Part shown: in pieces, positions 19,701 through 29,951 of the stretch
How the letters are laid out: each line of letters begins with the position of its first letter
Numbering within the stretch: the first letter of the stretch is position 1
Assembly: GCA_963555825.3 (NCBI GenBank)
Contig: CAUVXB020000002.1
Location: forward strand, 1,312,001-1,376,000
Length of the DNA stretch: 64,000 bases
Source of the DNA: Alphaproteobacteria bacterium
GTDB lineage: Bacteria > Pseudomonadota > Alphaproteobacteria > JAAXGF01
Direction of reading: 5' to 3'
The notes under the pieces: generated by a model
Seen by the model: only the letters and a program-made list of their open reading frames with translations
Told to the model about the DNA's origin: nothing
Databases searched by the model: none
Position numbers and translations under genes: made by a program

Positions 19701-22700
19701 GACGGTCTGCGTCGCGGAGGCGCTGTTGCCGGCCGCGTCGGTCGCGCTCCAGGTCACCACCGTCGCGCCGAGCGGGAACTGCGTCGGCGCGTCGCTGGTC
19801 GCCGCGACCGCGCCGTCGACCAGGTCGTCGGCGGTCGCCGCGCCGATCGACACCGTGGTCAGCGTGCCGGTCGCCTCGGCCGTCACGTCGGCCGGCGCCG
19901 TCACCGCGGGCGCCGTGGTGTCGGCGACGGTGACGGTCTGCGTCGCGGAGGCGCTGTTGCCGGCCGCGTCGGTCGCGCTCCAGGTCACCACCGTCGCGCC
20001 GAGCGGGAACTGCGCCGGCGCGTCGCTGGTCGCCGCGACCGCGCCGTCGACCAGGTCATCGGCGGTCGCCGCGCCGATCGACACCGTGGTCAGCGTGCCG
20101 GTCGCCTCCGCCGTGACGTCGGCCGGCGCCGTCACCGCGGGCGCCGTGCTGTCTGTGACGGTGACGGTCTGCGTCGCGGAGGCGCTGTTGCCGGCCGCGT
20201 CGGTCGCGCTCCAGGTCACCACCGTCGCGCCGAGCGGGAACTGCGCCGGCGCGTCGCTGGTCGCCAAGACCGCGCCGTCGACCAGGTCATCGGCGGTCGC
20301 CGCGCCGATCGACACCGGGGTCAGCGTACCCGTCGCCTCGGCCGTCACGTCGGCCGGCGCCGTCACCACGGGCGCCGTGGTGTCGGCGACGGTGACGGTC
20401 TGCGTCGCGGAGGCGCTGTTGCCGGCCGCGTCGGTCGCGCTCCAGGTCACCACCGTCGCGCCGAGCGGGAACTGCGCCGGCGCGTCGCTGGTCGCCAAGA
20501 CCGCGCCGTCGACCAGGTCATCGGCGGTCGCCGCGCCGATCGACACCGGGGTCAGCGTACCCATCGCCTCGGCCGTCACGTCGGCGGGCGGCGTCACCGC
20601 CGGCGGCGTCGTGTCGGTGACGGTGACGGTGAAGGTCACCTGGCTCGAGTTGTTGCTGGCGTCGGTCGCGGTCACCGTGACGATCGTGGCGCCGAGCGCG
20701 AAGGTCGATCCCGAGGCGGGCACGGCGACCACCGTGGGCGCCGGGTCCGCCAGGTCGTTCGCGGCCGGAAGCGCGAAGCCGACGACCGCCCCGCTCGCGC
20801 CGGTCGCCTCGACGGTGATGTTTGCGGGCGGCGTGACGACCGGCGCGGTCGTATCGGTGACGGTGACGGTCTGCGTCGCCGTGCCGGTATTGCCGGCGCC
20901 GTCCGTTGCGCTCCAGGTGACCGTCGTCGCGCCGACGGCGAACGGGCCGGTGATATCGGGCGTCGGGGTCAACGACCCGTCGACGTCATCGCTCGCGCTC
21001 GCCGAACCGAGCGACACCGGCGCCGTCGGGCCGCTGGCCTCGACCGTGACATCGGCGGGCGGCGTCACTACGGGTGGTGTGGTGTCGACCACGGTAATCG
21101 GGGCGACCGAGACGTTGTTGGTTTCGTCGCTTTCCGCGACGACCGCACCGGCGTCACCTTCCACCAGGATGTACCACGAACCCAGCGCCGTGCCTGGCGG
21201 AATCGAAACATCCTCTGTGGAAAAGCCGATAGTACCAGGCCTCAATGGACCGGCGTTGTTAGAGGTAATTCCCGACCCTATCTGCGTGTCTGAAGCGTCG
21301 AGCGTCGTATTGGCCGACAAAAAAACCTTCTCGCTATAGGCGTTGTTGGCCGTCTCCGTCCCGATGTTCCTCACAAACCAAGTCATCGTAACGACATCGC
21401 CCGGATCGACATTCCTGGTCGACAACTGTGTGATTTGAGTGACGATGTCGGCGCCGCCCGTGTTCTCACCCGTGACGTTGATCGACACGAAGCCGATGTT
21501 GTTGGCCTCGACACTCTCCGCGACGGCATTGTCTGCATCCCCTTCGACCAGGAGACGCCACGTGCCTTGCGCCGTACCCACCGGAATGGTGACGCTCACC
21601 GTTCCGGACCCGTGACTCGATCCAGACGGCAACGGAACACCGTCGTCGTGCGTATGGCTCGATGCCAATTCCACGTCTGAACCATCAATCAACTGGTCGG
21701 CCGACAGATAAACGATTTCGCGGTAACTGTTCGGGATCGTCTCAGTTCCAATGTTCTTGACGATCCAGTTGACGTCGATGCTGTCGCCCTCCGACACCAA
21801 GATGTTCGACGCCGTCACGTTCTCGACGACGATGTCCATCCCATCCGAAACATCATCAAAGACGGAGACGGGATGGGCCGTCACGTTGTTGGTTTCGTCA
21901 CTCTCCGCAACGTTATTGTCTCCATCCCCTTCGACCAGGAAATACCACGCGCCTTCAGCCGTACTCGCCGGAACGGTAAAGACCACCACGCCAGACCAGT
22001 GACTCGCTCCAGGCACAATCTCAAAAACGTCGAACTCGTGGTTCCTCGATCCCAATAGCACGTCGGAACCGTCGAGGATGGCGTCGGCCGACAGGTAAAT
22101 GTTGTCGCGATAGCTGTTCGTGACTGTCTCCGTTCCGATGTTTTTCACAAACCAGAACGCGGTGGTGAGTTCGCCCGGAGTCCAATAGATATTCGTTCCC
22201 AGGTTCTCGATCACGATGTCGGGACCCGTGCCGCCGCCCTGGGCGAAGTCGGCGTCGATCACGAGCGCGAAGGGCTGCGGACCGTTGGGCACGTTCGCGC
22301 CGCTCACGTCGACCGTCCAAGTGCCGGCCAGGGCGTTCGCGACGTAGACGTTCTCGACATTGTTGGTGGCATCGGCCGCGCCGCCGGTGGTCGACCAGCC
22401 GCCGCTGAACACGTTGCCGAGATAGCTGGTGCTGCCGTCGGGCGCGGTCACCACGAGGTCGAGGTCGTTGACCAGGTTGGTCGCCGCGGCCGCGGTCGAG
22501 GGAAAGTCGCTCCACACCAGGCTGACGCGGAAATCGCCGCCGACGGCGATGTCGAAGCTGTGGCTGGCAGTCTGGGCGGTGCCGACACCGGTGGTGTCAT
22601 CGACGTATTGGTGGCTTTCGTCGGTCGCGTTGTCGAGGTCGACCAGGCCCCAACCCTCGTGAACGTTGGGGATCGGGAAGTCGTTGTCGTTGACGCCGTC

Positions 22701-22883
22701 GTTGTTCTCGTCGGCCATGTCGACGGCCGAATTGATCAGCGTCGCCTTGATCAGCGCGGCGCTGGCGTCGTGGCCATAGACGTCGTCGTAGAAGTCGCGC
22801 AGCACCGCGACGCCGCCGGCGGTCAGCGGCGTCGCCATCGATGTGCCGCCCATATACTTGTAATAGGCGCTCATCGGAAAGCC
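16733..22883 (-). pseudogene. Large secreted S8 subtilase with CARDB, many HYR-like repeats and a PKD domain; 5'-truncated by IS and frameshifted in the repeats
   Basis: GGTSMATP catalytic Ser, ALIKATLINSA, GWG, LVNDLDL; 3x VAESDETNN CARDB; ~76-aa DTTAP.VT.PADVT.EA repeats; NQPPTANAG PKD; frame breaks near 17905 and 18340-18420. Confidence 0.85.
17906..21090 (-). repeat. Array of ~228-bp near-identical coding repeats (HYR-like domains)
   Basis: Recurrent unit [76 protein letters not shown]. Confidence 0.9.
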
Positions 22884-22918
22884 TGTATCGCACCCGGTTC
22901 CTTGGACACAAGTTTGTC

Positions 22919-23830
22919 TCATGCGGCGGGCCTGAGTGACATCGCGGTGTGCCACGCCTGACGAGCTTGAGCGGGGCTCAGGTAGCCGTTCTTCTCCACG
23001 ATCCACTGGGCATTGTACTGTTCGACGAACCCGCGGACGGCGTTCCGCAGCTCCGCGATGTTGCGGTAGATGCGGCCATGGATGATCTGTTCCTTGAGCG
23101 TGCGATTGAACCTCTCGGCGACGCCGTTGGTCTGGGGCTGTTCGACGAAGGCGTAGGACGGCTGGATGCCCCAGAACTTGATCTGGTTGGTGAAGTGGTC
23201 CGACAGATACTGGGAGCCGTGATCCATCCGCAAGGCCAGCCCCCGCGCCGCACCGGCGGAGGTCGAGGCATACAGCCTCGCAAGCCCCATGGAGATCGGC
23301 TGAAGGGCGGCGAAGCGGTCGCCTCGCTTGCACACATGCCAGCCGACGCACTCGGCGTTCCAATGCTCGATGGCGGTGAATATCCAGCCCCAGCCGTCGT
23401 CCACCGTGAACACCCGAACGCCGTCCGTGCCCCACATGAGGTTGGGGGCATGGGTGATGATCTCACCGACATGGGGATTTCCGCCACGGCGGCGGCAGCG
23501 ATGGGGCGAGAGCAGGTTGTTCTCGCGCATCACCCGGAGCCCCCGCTTGCGGGAAACACGGATGCCACGACAGACCCGAAGCCGAGCCCAGACCTTGCGG
23601 TGTCCCTCGCCCTCCCAGGGGGATGCCTCCAGGTCGGCCTCGATGGCCACCAGCAGAGCCTCGTCCGAGATCGAGGGCTTCGGTCCCCGGCGCTTTGCTG
23701 GTGGGCGCTCAGCGGTGGCCTGCTGCCGGGATTTCATGGCGTAGAACGAGGAACGGGCAAAACCCCAGGCCGCACAGACCCGCTGGAGGCCGTAGGCCAA
23801 ACCCGTGCCGGGAGAGGTGGCGGCACTCAT
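22919..23830 (-). CDS. IS3-like transposase OrfB (integrase core, DDE)
   Basis: WGTDG, RMDHGSQY, NGVAERFNRTLKE. Confidence 0.9.
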   Translation of the reverse strand: MSAATSPGTGLAYGLQRVCAAWGFARSSFYAMKSRQQATAERPPAKRRGPKPSISDEALLVAIEADLEASPWEGEGHRKVWARLRVCRGIRVSRKRGLRVMRENNLLSPHRCRRRGGNPHVGEIITHAPNLMWGTDGVRVFTVDDGWGWIFTAIEHWNAECVGWHVCKRGDRFAALQPISMGLARLYASTSAGAARGLALRMDHGSQYLSDHFTNQIKFWGIQPSYAFVEQPQTNGVAERFNRTLKEQIIHGRIYRNIAELRNAVRGFVEQYNAQWIVEKNGYLSPAQARQAWHTAMSLRPAA

Positions 23831-24258
23831 CGCCGCGACCTCCGCCGCCCCAAAGGGCCGGACGTCTCCGTCTTGGCCTCCAGCAGTTCCACCTGCATGA
23901 TCAACTCCCCGATCCGCTTCATGGCGATGTCCAGTTCCGCCTTCACCGGATCGCCCTTGCGTTCCTTGAGCGAGGCATCGATCCCGGCGATCGCCTTCTC
24001 ACGCCACTGCTCGAGCCGGAAAATCTCCACGCCCAACTGCCGCGACAAAAGTTCCACCGGCTCGCCACGCAAAAGCCGCAGGGCAACCTCACGCTTGCGC
24101 GTCACCGTCCACCGCTGGCCAAGTCCCAGCGGGCCTGCCGGCGAAACCTGGCCCGGGGAAAACGTGGACGAGCCAAGCTCGCCCTCGTTTACCACAGGCC
24201 CATCAACAGCAACTTTGTTCTCAAAATTGTCGGTCATGTTCCGGTCCTCCTTGGACAC
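23827..24258 (-). CDS. IS3-like transposase OrfA (HTH)
   Basis: [13 protein letters not shown]...LSRQLGV...LEQW HTH; ATGA overlap with OrfB. Confidence 0.85.
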   Translation of the reverse strand: MSKEDRNMTDNFENKVAVDGPVVNEGELGSSTFSPGQVSPAGPLGLGQRWTVTRKREVALRLLRGEPVELLSRQLGVEIFRLEQWREKAIAGIDASLKERKGDPVKAELDIAMKRIGELIMQVELLEAKTETSGPLGRRRSRR

Positions 24259-24339
24259 TTCGATTAAGCCAATTCTGTGTCCAAGGAAATCGGGTCCGAC
24301 TCACTGTATCGCACCCGGTTCCTTGGACACAAGTTTGTC

Positions 24340-25251
24340 TCATGCGGCGGGCCTGAGTGACATCGCGGTGTGCCACGCCTGACGAGCTTGAGCGGGGCTC
24401 AGGTAGCCGTTCTTCTCCACGATCCACTGGGCATTGTACTGTTCGACGAACCCGCGGACGGCGTTCCGCAGCTCCGCGATGTTGCGGTAGATGCGGCCAT
24501 GGATGATCTGTTCCTTGAGCGTGCGATTGAACCTCTCGGCGACGCCGTTGGTCTGGGGCTGTTCGACGAAGGCGTAGGACGGCTGGATGCCCCAGAACTT
24601 GATCTGGTTGGTGAAGTGGTCCGACAGATACTGGGAGCCGTGATCCATCCGCAAGGCCAGCCCCCGCGCCGCACCGGCGGAGGTCGAGGCATACAGCCTC
24701 GCAAGCCCCATGGAGATCGGCTGAAGGGCGGCGAAGCGGTCGCCTCGCTTGCACACATGCCAGCCGACGCACTCGGCGTTCCAATGCTCGATGGCGGTGA
24801 ATATCCAGCCCCAGCCGTCGTCCACCGTGAACACCCGAACGCCGTCCGTGCCCCACATGAGGTTGGGGGCATGGGTGATGATCTCACCGACATGGGGATT
24901 TCCGCCACGGCGGCGGCAGCGATGGGGCGAGAGCAGGTTGTTCTCGCGCATCACCCGGAGCCCCCGCTTGCGGGAAACACGGATGCCACGACAGACCCGA
25001 AGCCGAGCCCAGACCTTGCGGTGTCCCTCGCCCTCCCAGGGGGATGCCTCCAGGTCGGCCTCGATGGCCACCAGCAGAGCCTCGTCCGAGATCGAGGGCT
25101 TCGGTCCCCGGCGCTTTGCTGGTGGGCGCTCAGCGGTGGCCTGCTGCCGGGATTTCATGGCGTAGAACGAGGAACGGGCAAAACCCCAGGCCGCACAGAC
25201 CCGCTGGAGGCCGTAGGCCAAACCCGTGCCGGGAGAGGTGGCGGCACTCAT
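24340..25251 (-). CDS. IS3-like transposase OrfB
   Basis: Identical protein to 22919..23830. Confidence 0.9.
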   Translation of the reverse strand: MSAATSPGTGLAYGLQRVCAAWGFARSSFYAMKSRQQATAERPPAKRRGPKPSISDEALLVAIEADLEASPWEGEGHRKVWARLRVCRGIRVSRKRGLRVMRENNLLSPHRCRRRGGNPHVGEIITHAPNLMWGTDGVRVFTVDDGWGWIFTAIEHWNAECVGWHVCKRGDRFAALQPISMGLARLYASTSAGAARGLALRMDHGSQYLSDHFTNQIKFWGIQPSYAFVEQPQTNGVAERFNRTLKEQIIHGRIYRNIAELRNAVRGFVEQYNAQWIVEKNGYLSPAQARQAWHTAMSLRPAA

Positions 25252-25679
25252 CGCCGCGACCTCCGCCGCCCCAAAGGGCCGGACGTCTCCGTCTTGGCCT
25301 CCAGCAGTTCCACCTGCATGATCAACTCCCCGATCCGCTTCATGGCGATGTCCAGTTCCGCCTTCACCGGATCGCCCTTGCGTTCCTTGAGCGAGGCATC
25401 GATCCCGGCGATCGCCTTCTCACGCCACTGCTCGAGCCGGAAAATCTCCACGCCCAACTGCCGCGACAAAAGTTCCACCGGCTCGCCACGCAAAAGCCGC
25501 AGGGCAACCTCACGCTTGCGCGTCACCGTCCACCGCTGGCCAAGTCCCAGCGGGCCTGCCGGCGAAACCTGGCCCGGGGAAAACGTGGACGAGCCAAGCT
25601 CGCCCTCGTTTACCACAGGCCCATCAACAGCAACTTTGTTCTCAAAATTGTCGGTCATGTTCCGGTCCTCCTTGGACAC
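25248..25679 (-). CDS. IS3-like transposase OrfA
   Basis: Identical protein to 23827..24258. Confidence 0.85.
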   Translation of the reverse strand: MSKEDRNMTDNFENKVAVDGPVVNEGELGSSTFSPGQVSPAGPLGLGQRWTVTRKREVALRLLRGEPVELLSRQLGVEIFRLEQWREKAIAGIDASLKERKGDPVKAELDIAMKRIGELIMQVELLEAKTETSGPLGRRRSRR

Positions 25680-25927
25680 TTCGATTAAGCCAATTCTGTG
25701 TCCAAGGAAATCGGGTCCGACTCACGTCGAGTTGTAAACACATGCTTATGCGGGCCCCGGCGCAAGGCGGTTGTAACGTCGCGCTTGTCGGCGACGCCTG
25801 TCTCGCTCACTATCCGGTGCGGCCCGGCAGACAACAAGGACCAGCCTATGAGCAAACGCGACGATCACCCGAGGCCGACCGACCCGGCCGTTGCCCGGCG
25901 CAAGGCCGGCGCCCGGGGGCCTTAGGC

Positions 25928-27214
25928 ATGCAGGCGGGTTTCGATTTGGTCGCCGTGCTGTTCGGCCTGGCGGCGCTGTTCGGCTACATCAACTACTGCT
26001 ACCTCAAGCTGCCGCACACCATCGGCCTTGTCGTCATCGCGCTGGCCGTCTCGTTCGGCTTGCTCGCGGCCGATGCCGCGGTTCCCGCCTGGGGCCTCGG
26101 CGACGCGGTGCACCAGGCGCTCGACAGGATCGACTTCACCGAGGTGTTGATGAAGGGGTTCCTGAGCTTTCTGCTGTTCGCCGGCGCGCTGCACGTCAAC
26201 CTCGCCGACCTGGCCAAGCAAAAGTGGGCGATCGGCGGCATGGCGACGTTCGGCGTGCTGCTCTCCACCGGTCTCGTCGGCGGCGGCATCTGGCTGGTCG
26301 CCCAAGCGCTCGATCTCGCCCTGCCGTTCACCTATTGCCTAGTGTTCGGCGCGCTCATCTCGCCGACCGACCCGGTCGCCGTGATCGGCATCTTGAAGCA
26401 CGTCAAGGTGCCGCCGAGCCTCGAGGCCAAGATCGCCGGCGAGAGCCTGTTCAACGACGGCGTCGGCGTCGTCCTGTTCACCATCGTCGTCGCCATCGCG
26501 ACCGGCTCGGCGGGCGACGATCTCGGCGCGGTCTCGATCGCGGCGCTGTTCCTTGGCGAGGCGCTGGGTGGCGCGGCGCTCGGCTTCGGCGCCGGCTGCG
26601 TGGCTTTCTACGCCATGCGGCGCGTCGACGAACACAACATCGAGGTCATCATCACGCTGGCCCTGGTCACGGTGAGCTATGCCCTGGCGCATCGGCTGCA
26701 CGTCTCGGGGCCGATCGCCGTGGTCGTCGCCGGCCTGTTGATCGGCAATCACGGCGTGCGCTTCGCGATGAGCGAAAAGACGCGCGAGCACGTCATCACC
26801 TTCTGGTCGCTGTCCGACGAGATCCTGAATTCGCTCTTGTTCATGCTGATCGGCTTCGAGGTCGTGGTGATCGCCGCCGAACCGCGCTACCTCGCCGCCA
26901 TCGCTTTCGCCGTGCCGCTGGTGCTGGCGAGCCGCTTCGTCTCGGTGTCGATTCCGATTACCGTGCTGGCGCGGTGGACCGACTTCACCAAGGGCGCGAT
27001 CCCGACGCTCACCTGGGGCGGTCTGCGCGGCGGTATCTCGGTGGCGCTGGCGCTGTCACTGCCGCCATCACATGAGCGCGAGACGATACTCGCGGTGTGT
27101 TACGGCGTGGTCATCTTCTCGGTCGTCGTGCAGGGCCTGACCATGGAGCGGCTGGTGCGCCGCGTCGTGCCATCGGACGACGGTAATACCGAGGATCAGA
27201 CGCCCGAACACTGA
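25928..27214 (+). CDS. CPA1 Na+/H+ antiporter (NhaP-like)
   Basis: [23 protein letters not shown]. Confidence 0.92.
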   Translation: MQAGFDLVAVLFGLAALFGYINYCYLKLPHTIGLVVIALAVSFGLLAADAAVPAWGLGDAVHQALDRIDFTEVLMKGFLSFLLFAGALHVNLADLAKQKWAIGGMATFGVLLSTGLVGGGIWLVAQALDLALPFTYCLVFGALISPTDPVAVIGILKHVKVPPSLEAKIAGESLFNDGVGVVLFTIVVAIATGSAGDDLGAVSIAALFLGEALGGAALGFGAGCVAFYAMRRVDEHNIEVIITLALVTVSYALAHRLHVSGPIAVVVAGLLIGNHGVRFAMSEKTREHVITFWSLSDEILNSLLFMLIGFEVVVIAAEPRYLAAIAFAVPLVLASRFVSVSIPITVLARWTDFTKGAIPTLTWGGLRGGISVALALSLPPSHERETILAVCYGVVIFSVVVQGLTMERLVRRVVPSDDGNTEDQTPEH

Positions 27215-27260
27215 CGGCGCGAGGCGCCGGGCGGCCCCATTTCGAACAAAACGACCGATA

Positions 27261-27297
27261 TGTGACAAGCATCACGCGGAGTGTGACGGGCGTCACT
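27261..27297. promoter_or_regulatory. Two CRP/FNR-family-like boxes (TGTGA-N6-TCAC)
   Basis: TGTGAcaagcaTCACG at 27261 and TGTGAcgggcgTCACT at 27282, upstream of the candidate sRNA. Confidence 0.45.
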
Positions 27298-27326
27298 GAC
27301 AGTAACGGGGGGTGTTGGTATGTATA

Positions 27327-27396
27327 GGCCACACCTGTTCAAGGTGTCCTCCCTGCATTCCCCCAACTTGGGCCGGTTTTCCGGCCCAATTTTTTT
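27327..27396 (+). ncRNA. Candidate SuhB/MmgR (alpha-r8)-like small RNA
   Basis: Stem ACACC..GGTGT, anti-SD TCCTCCCT, AACTT, then terminator GGGCCGG-TTTT-CCGGCCC plus T7. Confidence 0.6.
27368..27396 (+). terminator. Intrinsic terminator
   Basis: TTGGGCCGG TTTT CCGGCCCAA TTTTTTT. Confidence 0.85.
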
Positions 27397-27424
27397 GAAC
27401 ATTACCCGTTTTATTAGGGTTTTC

Positions 27425-28737
27425 CACTAGTGTCCGGTTAAAAATCGAATAAATTCAATTGGTTGGTTATTTGCGAAGCGTTGCATCTGTTTTCGTCTCC
27501 CGCAAGTGCTTGATGTATGGGCATTTTCTCGAAGAGGGTCACCGAGAGGATCTGTAACAAAGTGTAGAGCGAGGCGTCCAGGTCGAGGCGCTTCTTGACG
27601 ATGGCGACGAGGACGTAGACCGAGACGGCAATCCAGATCTGCGTCTTCACCGCGTTCTCCGACGTGCCGTAGAACTGCTTGATCCGAAGATGCTGCTTGA
27701 TCCACTTGAAGAAGAGTTCCACCTGCCAGCGGCTTTTGTAGAGCGCGCAGATGGTGGCGGCCGGAAGCGAGAAGTTGTTGGTGATGAAGACCAGCGTCTT
27801 GCCGGACTCGGGGTCCTTGAAGCGGATGCGCCGCAGAAGTTCGGGGTAATCCTGACGGGTGTAGAAGCCGTCCAGGGAGATGGTCTGGTCGCAAATGATG
27901 CCGGTCGAGCGATCCGTCGGCGCCGAATAGACGCGATGAGCATCGATGTTCGACTTGGCACGCGTGACGAAGAAGGCCCCGGCTTGGTGCAACACATAAA
28001 GGCGGGCAAAGTCGACGTAGCCACGATCCACGACGTAGATGGCTCCGGCTTCCGGCAAGAGCATATCGAGGGCATGAACGTCGTGCAGCTTGCCATCCGA
28101 GATGTGGATAAAACTCGGAATGTTGCCCCGCAGGTCGAGCAGCGTGTGCATCTTCACCGCCGCCTTGGTGGTGCGGAAGTGCGCCCACGGAAAGACCGAC
28201 AGGCACAGAGCGATGGTCGTCGAGTCCAGGGCGTAGACGGTATTGGTCAGGTCCAACCCCAGTTCTTCGTCGACGTACAGCGTCCTCGCCTGGGTGATGA
28301 GCCGCTGGGCCAACGCCGCATGGATACGCCAGTCGCGCCTTTCGTTGGCATCGGCCAGCGTCGAGCGCCGGACCGGCTGGCGGAAGCCCATGTGATAGAG
28401 TTTCGATGCGTGGACCGAGAGGCAGGTCTCGATGTCGCGCAGGCTTTCCCGGTAGGTCAGCTGGGCGAAGGCCATGGACCGGTATTGCTCGGCGCAGGAA
28501 AGCGTCCGGACCCGGTGATCGCCGCCATACCGGTCGACGATCCGCGTGAAAGTAGTCCATGGCAGGAAGTCCATGAGCTGAGCGAACAGGGTCTTGCCGG
28601 TGTTCATGAGCATCTCCTCGGAGAAACTCCGAAAAGTGCTCCATCCAATTCAAATCGACACCATGCATTTTCGCTTCAAACCCCGCAGAAATCCTGGCTC
28701 TCAAAGCCAGCACCGCTCAGTTAACCGGACAGCAGTG
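27425..28737 (-). mobile_element. IS4-family insertion sequence
   Basis: TIR CACTAGTGTCCGGTTAA / TTAACCGGACAGCAGTG; 7-bp TSD GGTTTTC. Confidence 0.92.
27438..28613 (-). CDS. IS4-family transposase (DUF4372 + DDE)
   Basis: DSTT, DRGY, YKSRWQVELFFKWIKQ (YREK motif). Confidence 0.93.
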   Translation of the reverse strand: MLMNTGKTLFAQLMDFLPWTTFTRIVDRYGGDHRVRTLSCAEQYRSMAFAQLTYRESLRDIETCLSVHASKLYHMGFRQPVRRSTLADANERRDWRIHAALAQRLITQARTLYVDEELGLDLTNTVYALDSTTIALCLSVFPWAHFRTTKAAVKMHTLLDLRGNIPSFIHISDGKLHDVHALDMLLPEAGAIYVVDRGYVDFARLYVLHQAGAFFVTRAKSNIDAHRVYSAPTDRSTGIICDQTISLDGFYTRQDYPELLRRIRFKDPESGKTLVFITNNFSLPAATICALYKSRWQVELFFKWIKQHLRIKQFYGTSENAVKTQIWIAVSVYVLVAIVKKRLDLDASLYTLLQILSVTLFEKMPIHQALAGDENRCNASQITNQLNLFDF

Positions 28738-28788
28738 GGTTTTCCCTAATAGACCGAAACAAACGTGAATTTCCGCCTGTACCAAGGG

Positions 28789-29937
28789 TCATGGACGGGC
28801 GGGCGTATAGCGGCGCCCCTTCCATCGGCCGCCCTCGCCACGTCGCCAGCGCAACGCGGAATCGAGCGCCATCAGCGTATAGAGCGCGGCGACCGCGGGC
28901 AGCGCCACGCCGGCCACGGCGGGTTGGCGGTAGAACCGCAGGGTCGGCGCGTAGGCAACGGCCATGGCGAACCAGCCCGCGGCGCCGAGCCCCGCTGCTG
29001 GACCGAAACCTCCGAAGACGCCGGCGATCACGGTGGCCGGCGGCACGAGATAGATCAGCGTCATGCCGGCGACCGTGGCGGCGAGCAGCATCGGGGAATG
29101 GCGCAGCTGCGTGTATGCCGAGCGCGCGACCATATCCCAGATATCGCCGAGGCCGGCGTAGGGCCGGACGCTCCAGCTCTCGGTCGCGAGACCGAGCCAG
29201 ATCGGCCCGCCGGGCTTGATCGCGCGGGCCAGCGCGCAGTCGTCGATCAAGTCGCCGGCGATGGCGTCGAGACCGCCCGCGGCGACCAGCGCGGCGCGGC
29301 GCACCAGCATGCAGCCGCCCGCCGCGGCCGCCGTCGCCCGCGCCGGGTCGTTGACGCGACGGAACGGGTAGAGCATCTGAAAGAAGTAGACGAAGGCCGG
29401 AATCAGCAGCCGCTCCCAACCGCTTTCGCATTGCAGCCGCGCCATCAGCGACACCAGGTCGAGCCGCCCGGCCTCGGCCTTGGCGACCAGCGCGCGCAGC
29501 ACGCCCGGCCCGTGCGCGATGTCGGCGTCACTGAACCACAGATAGCACGCCTCGGGCGCCGCCGCCGCGGCGGCCTCGACACCCTGGGCGAGCGCCCAGG
29601 TCTTGCCGACCCAGCCGACCGGCCGTGCCACGCCGCCGACGACGACCACTCCGGCGCCGCGCGCCAGCTCGGCGGTGCTGTCATCGCTCTCGTCGTCGAC
29701 CACGATAACCACGAGATCGCCAGGGTAGTCCTGGGCAAGCAGCGAGCGAAGCGTCTGGCCGATCACCGCCGCCTCGTTGCGCGCCGGCACGACCGCGGCG
29801 ACGGCGGGCCAGGCCTCGGGCGTGTCGCCCGCCCCGTCGAGCCGCTGATCGGTCCGCCAAAACCCGCCATGGCCGAACAGCAGATAGAGCCAGACGGCCA
29901 AGGAAACGGCGGCGAGAATGGTCAGCGCGACGGCCAT
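28789..29937 (-). CDS. hpnB: GT2 glycosyltransferase, hopanoid-associated HpnB-like
   Basis: VVPARNEA, VDDESDD, GWVGK.WA, DADI, LIDDCALA, WDMVARSAYTQL, WKGR. Confidence 0.75.
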   Translation of the reverse strand: MAVALTILAAVSLAVWLYLLFGHGGFWRTDQRLDGAGDTPEAWPAVAAVVPARNEAAVIGQTLRSLLAQDYPGDLVVIVVDDESDDSTAELARGAGVVVVGGVARPVGWVGKTWALAQGVEAAAAAAPEACYLWFSDADIAHGPGVLRALVAKAEAGRLDLVSLMARLQCESGWERLLIPAFVYFFQMLYPFRRVNDPARATAAAAGGCMLVRRAALVAAGGLDAIAGDLIDDCALARAIKPGGPIWLGLATESWSVRPYAGLGDIWDMVARSAYTQLRHSPMLLAATVAGMTLIYLVPPATVIAGVFGGFGPAAGLGAAGWFAMAVAYAPTLRFYRQPAVAGVALPAVAALYTLMALDSALRWRRGEGGRWKGRRYTPARP

Positions 29938-29951
29938 GCCGCCCACACTGC

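Larger units (their letters stand above)
22884..24303 (-). mobile_element. IS3-like element, copy 1 (1420 bp)
   Basis: TG..CA ends; imperfect TIR TGTATCGCACCCGGTTCCTTGGACACA / TGTGTCCAAGGAAATCGGGTCCGACTCA. Confidence 0.9.
24305..25724 (-). mobile_element. IS3-like element, copy 2 (head-to-tail with copy 1, 1-bp spacer)
   Basis: Same sequence as copy 1; junction ...GACTCA c TGTATC... Confidence 0.9.

Noticed and set aside
17906-21090. Diversity-generating retroelement TR/VR pair
   Set aside because: There is no reverse transcriptase, and the differences between repeats do not look adenine-specific.
18370-21339. 989-aa plus-strand ORF
   Set aside because: Antisense shadow of the repetitive high-GC S8/HYR gene.
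22884-23435. N-terminus of the 1698-aa ORF read as a transposase-protease fusion
   Set aside because: It is an alternative frame of the IS reading through the junction; the same frame appears at the other IS copies.
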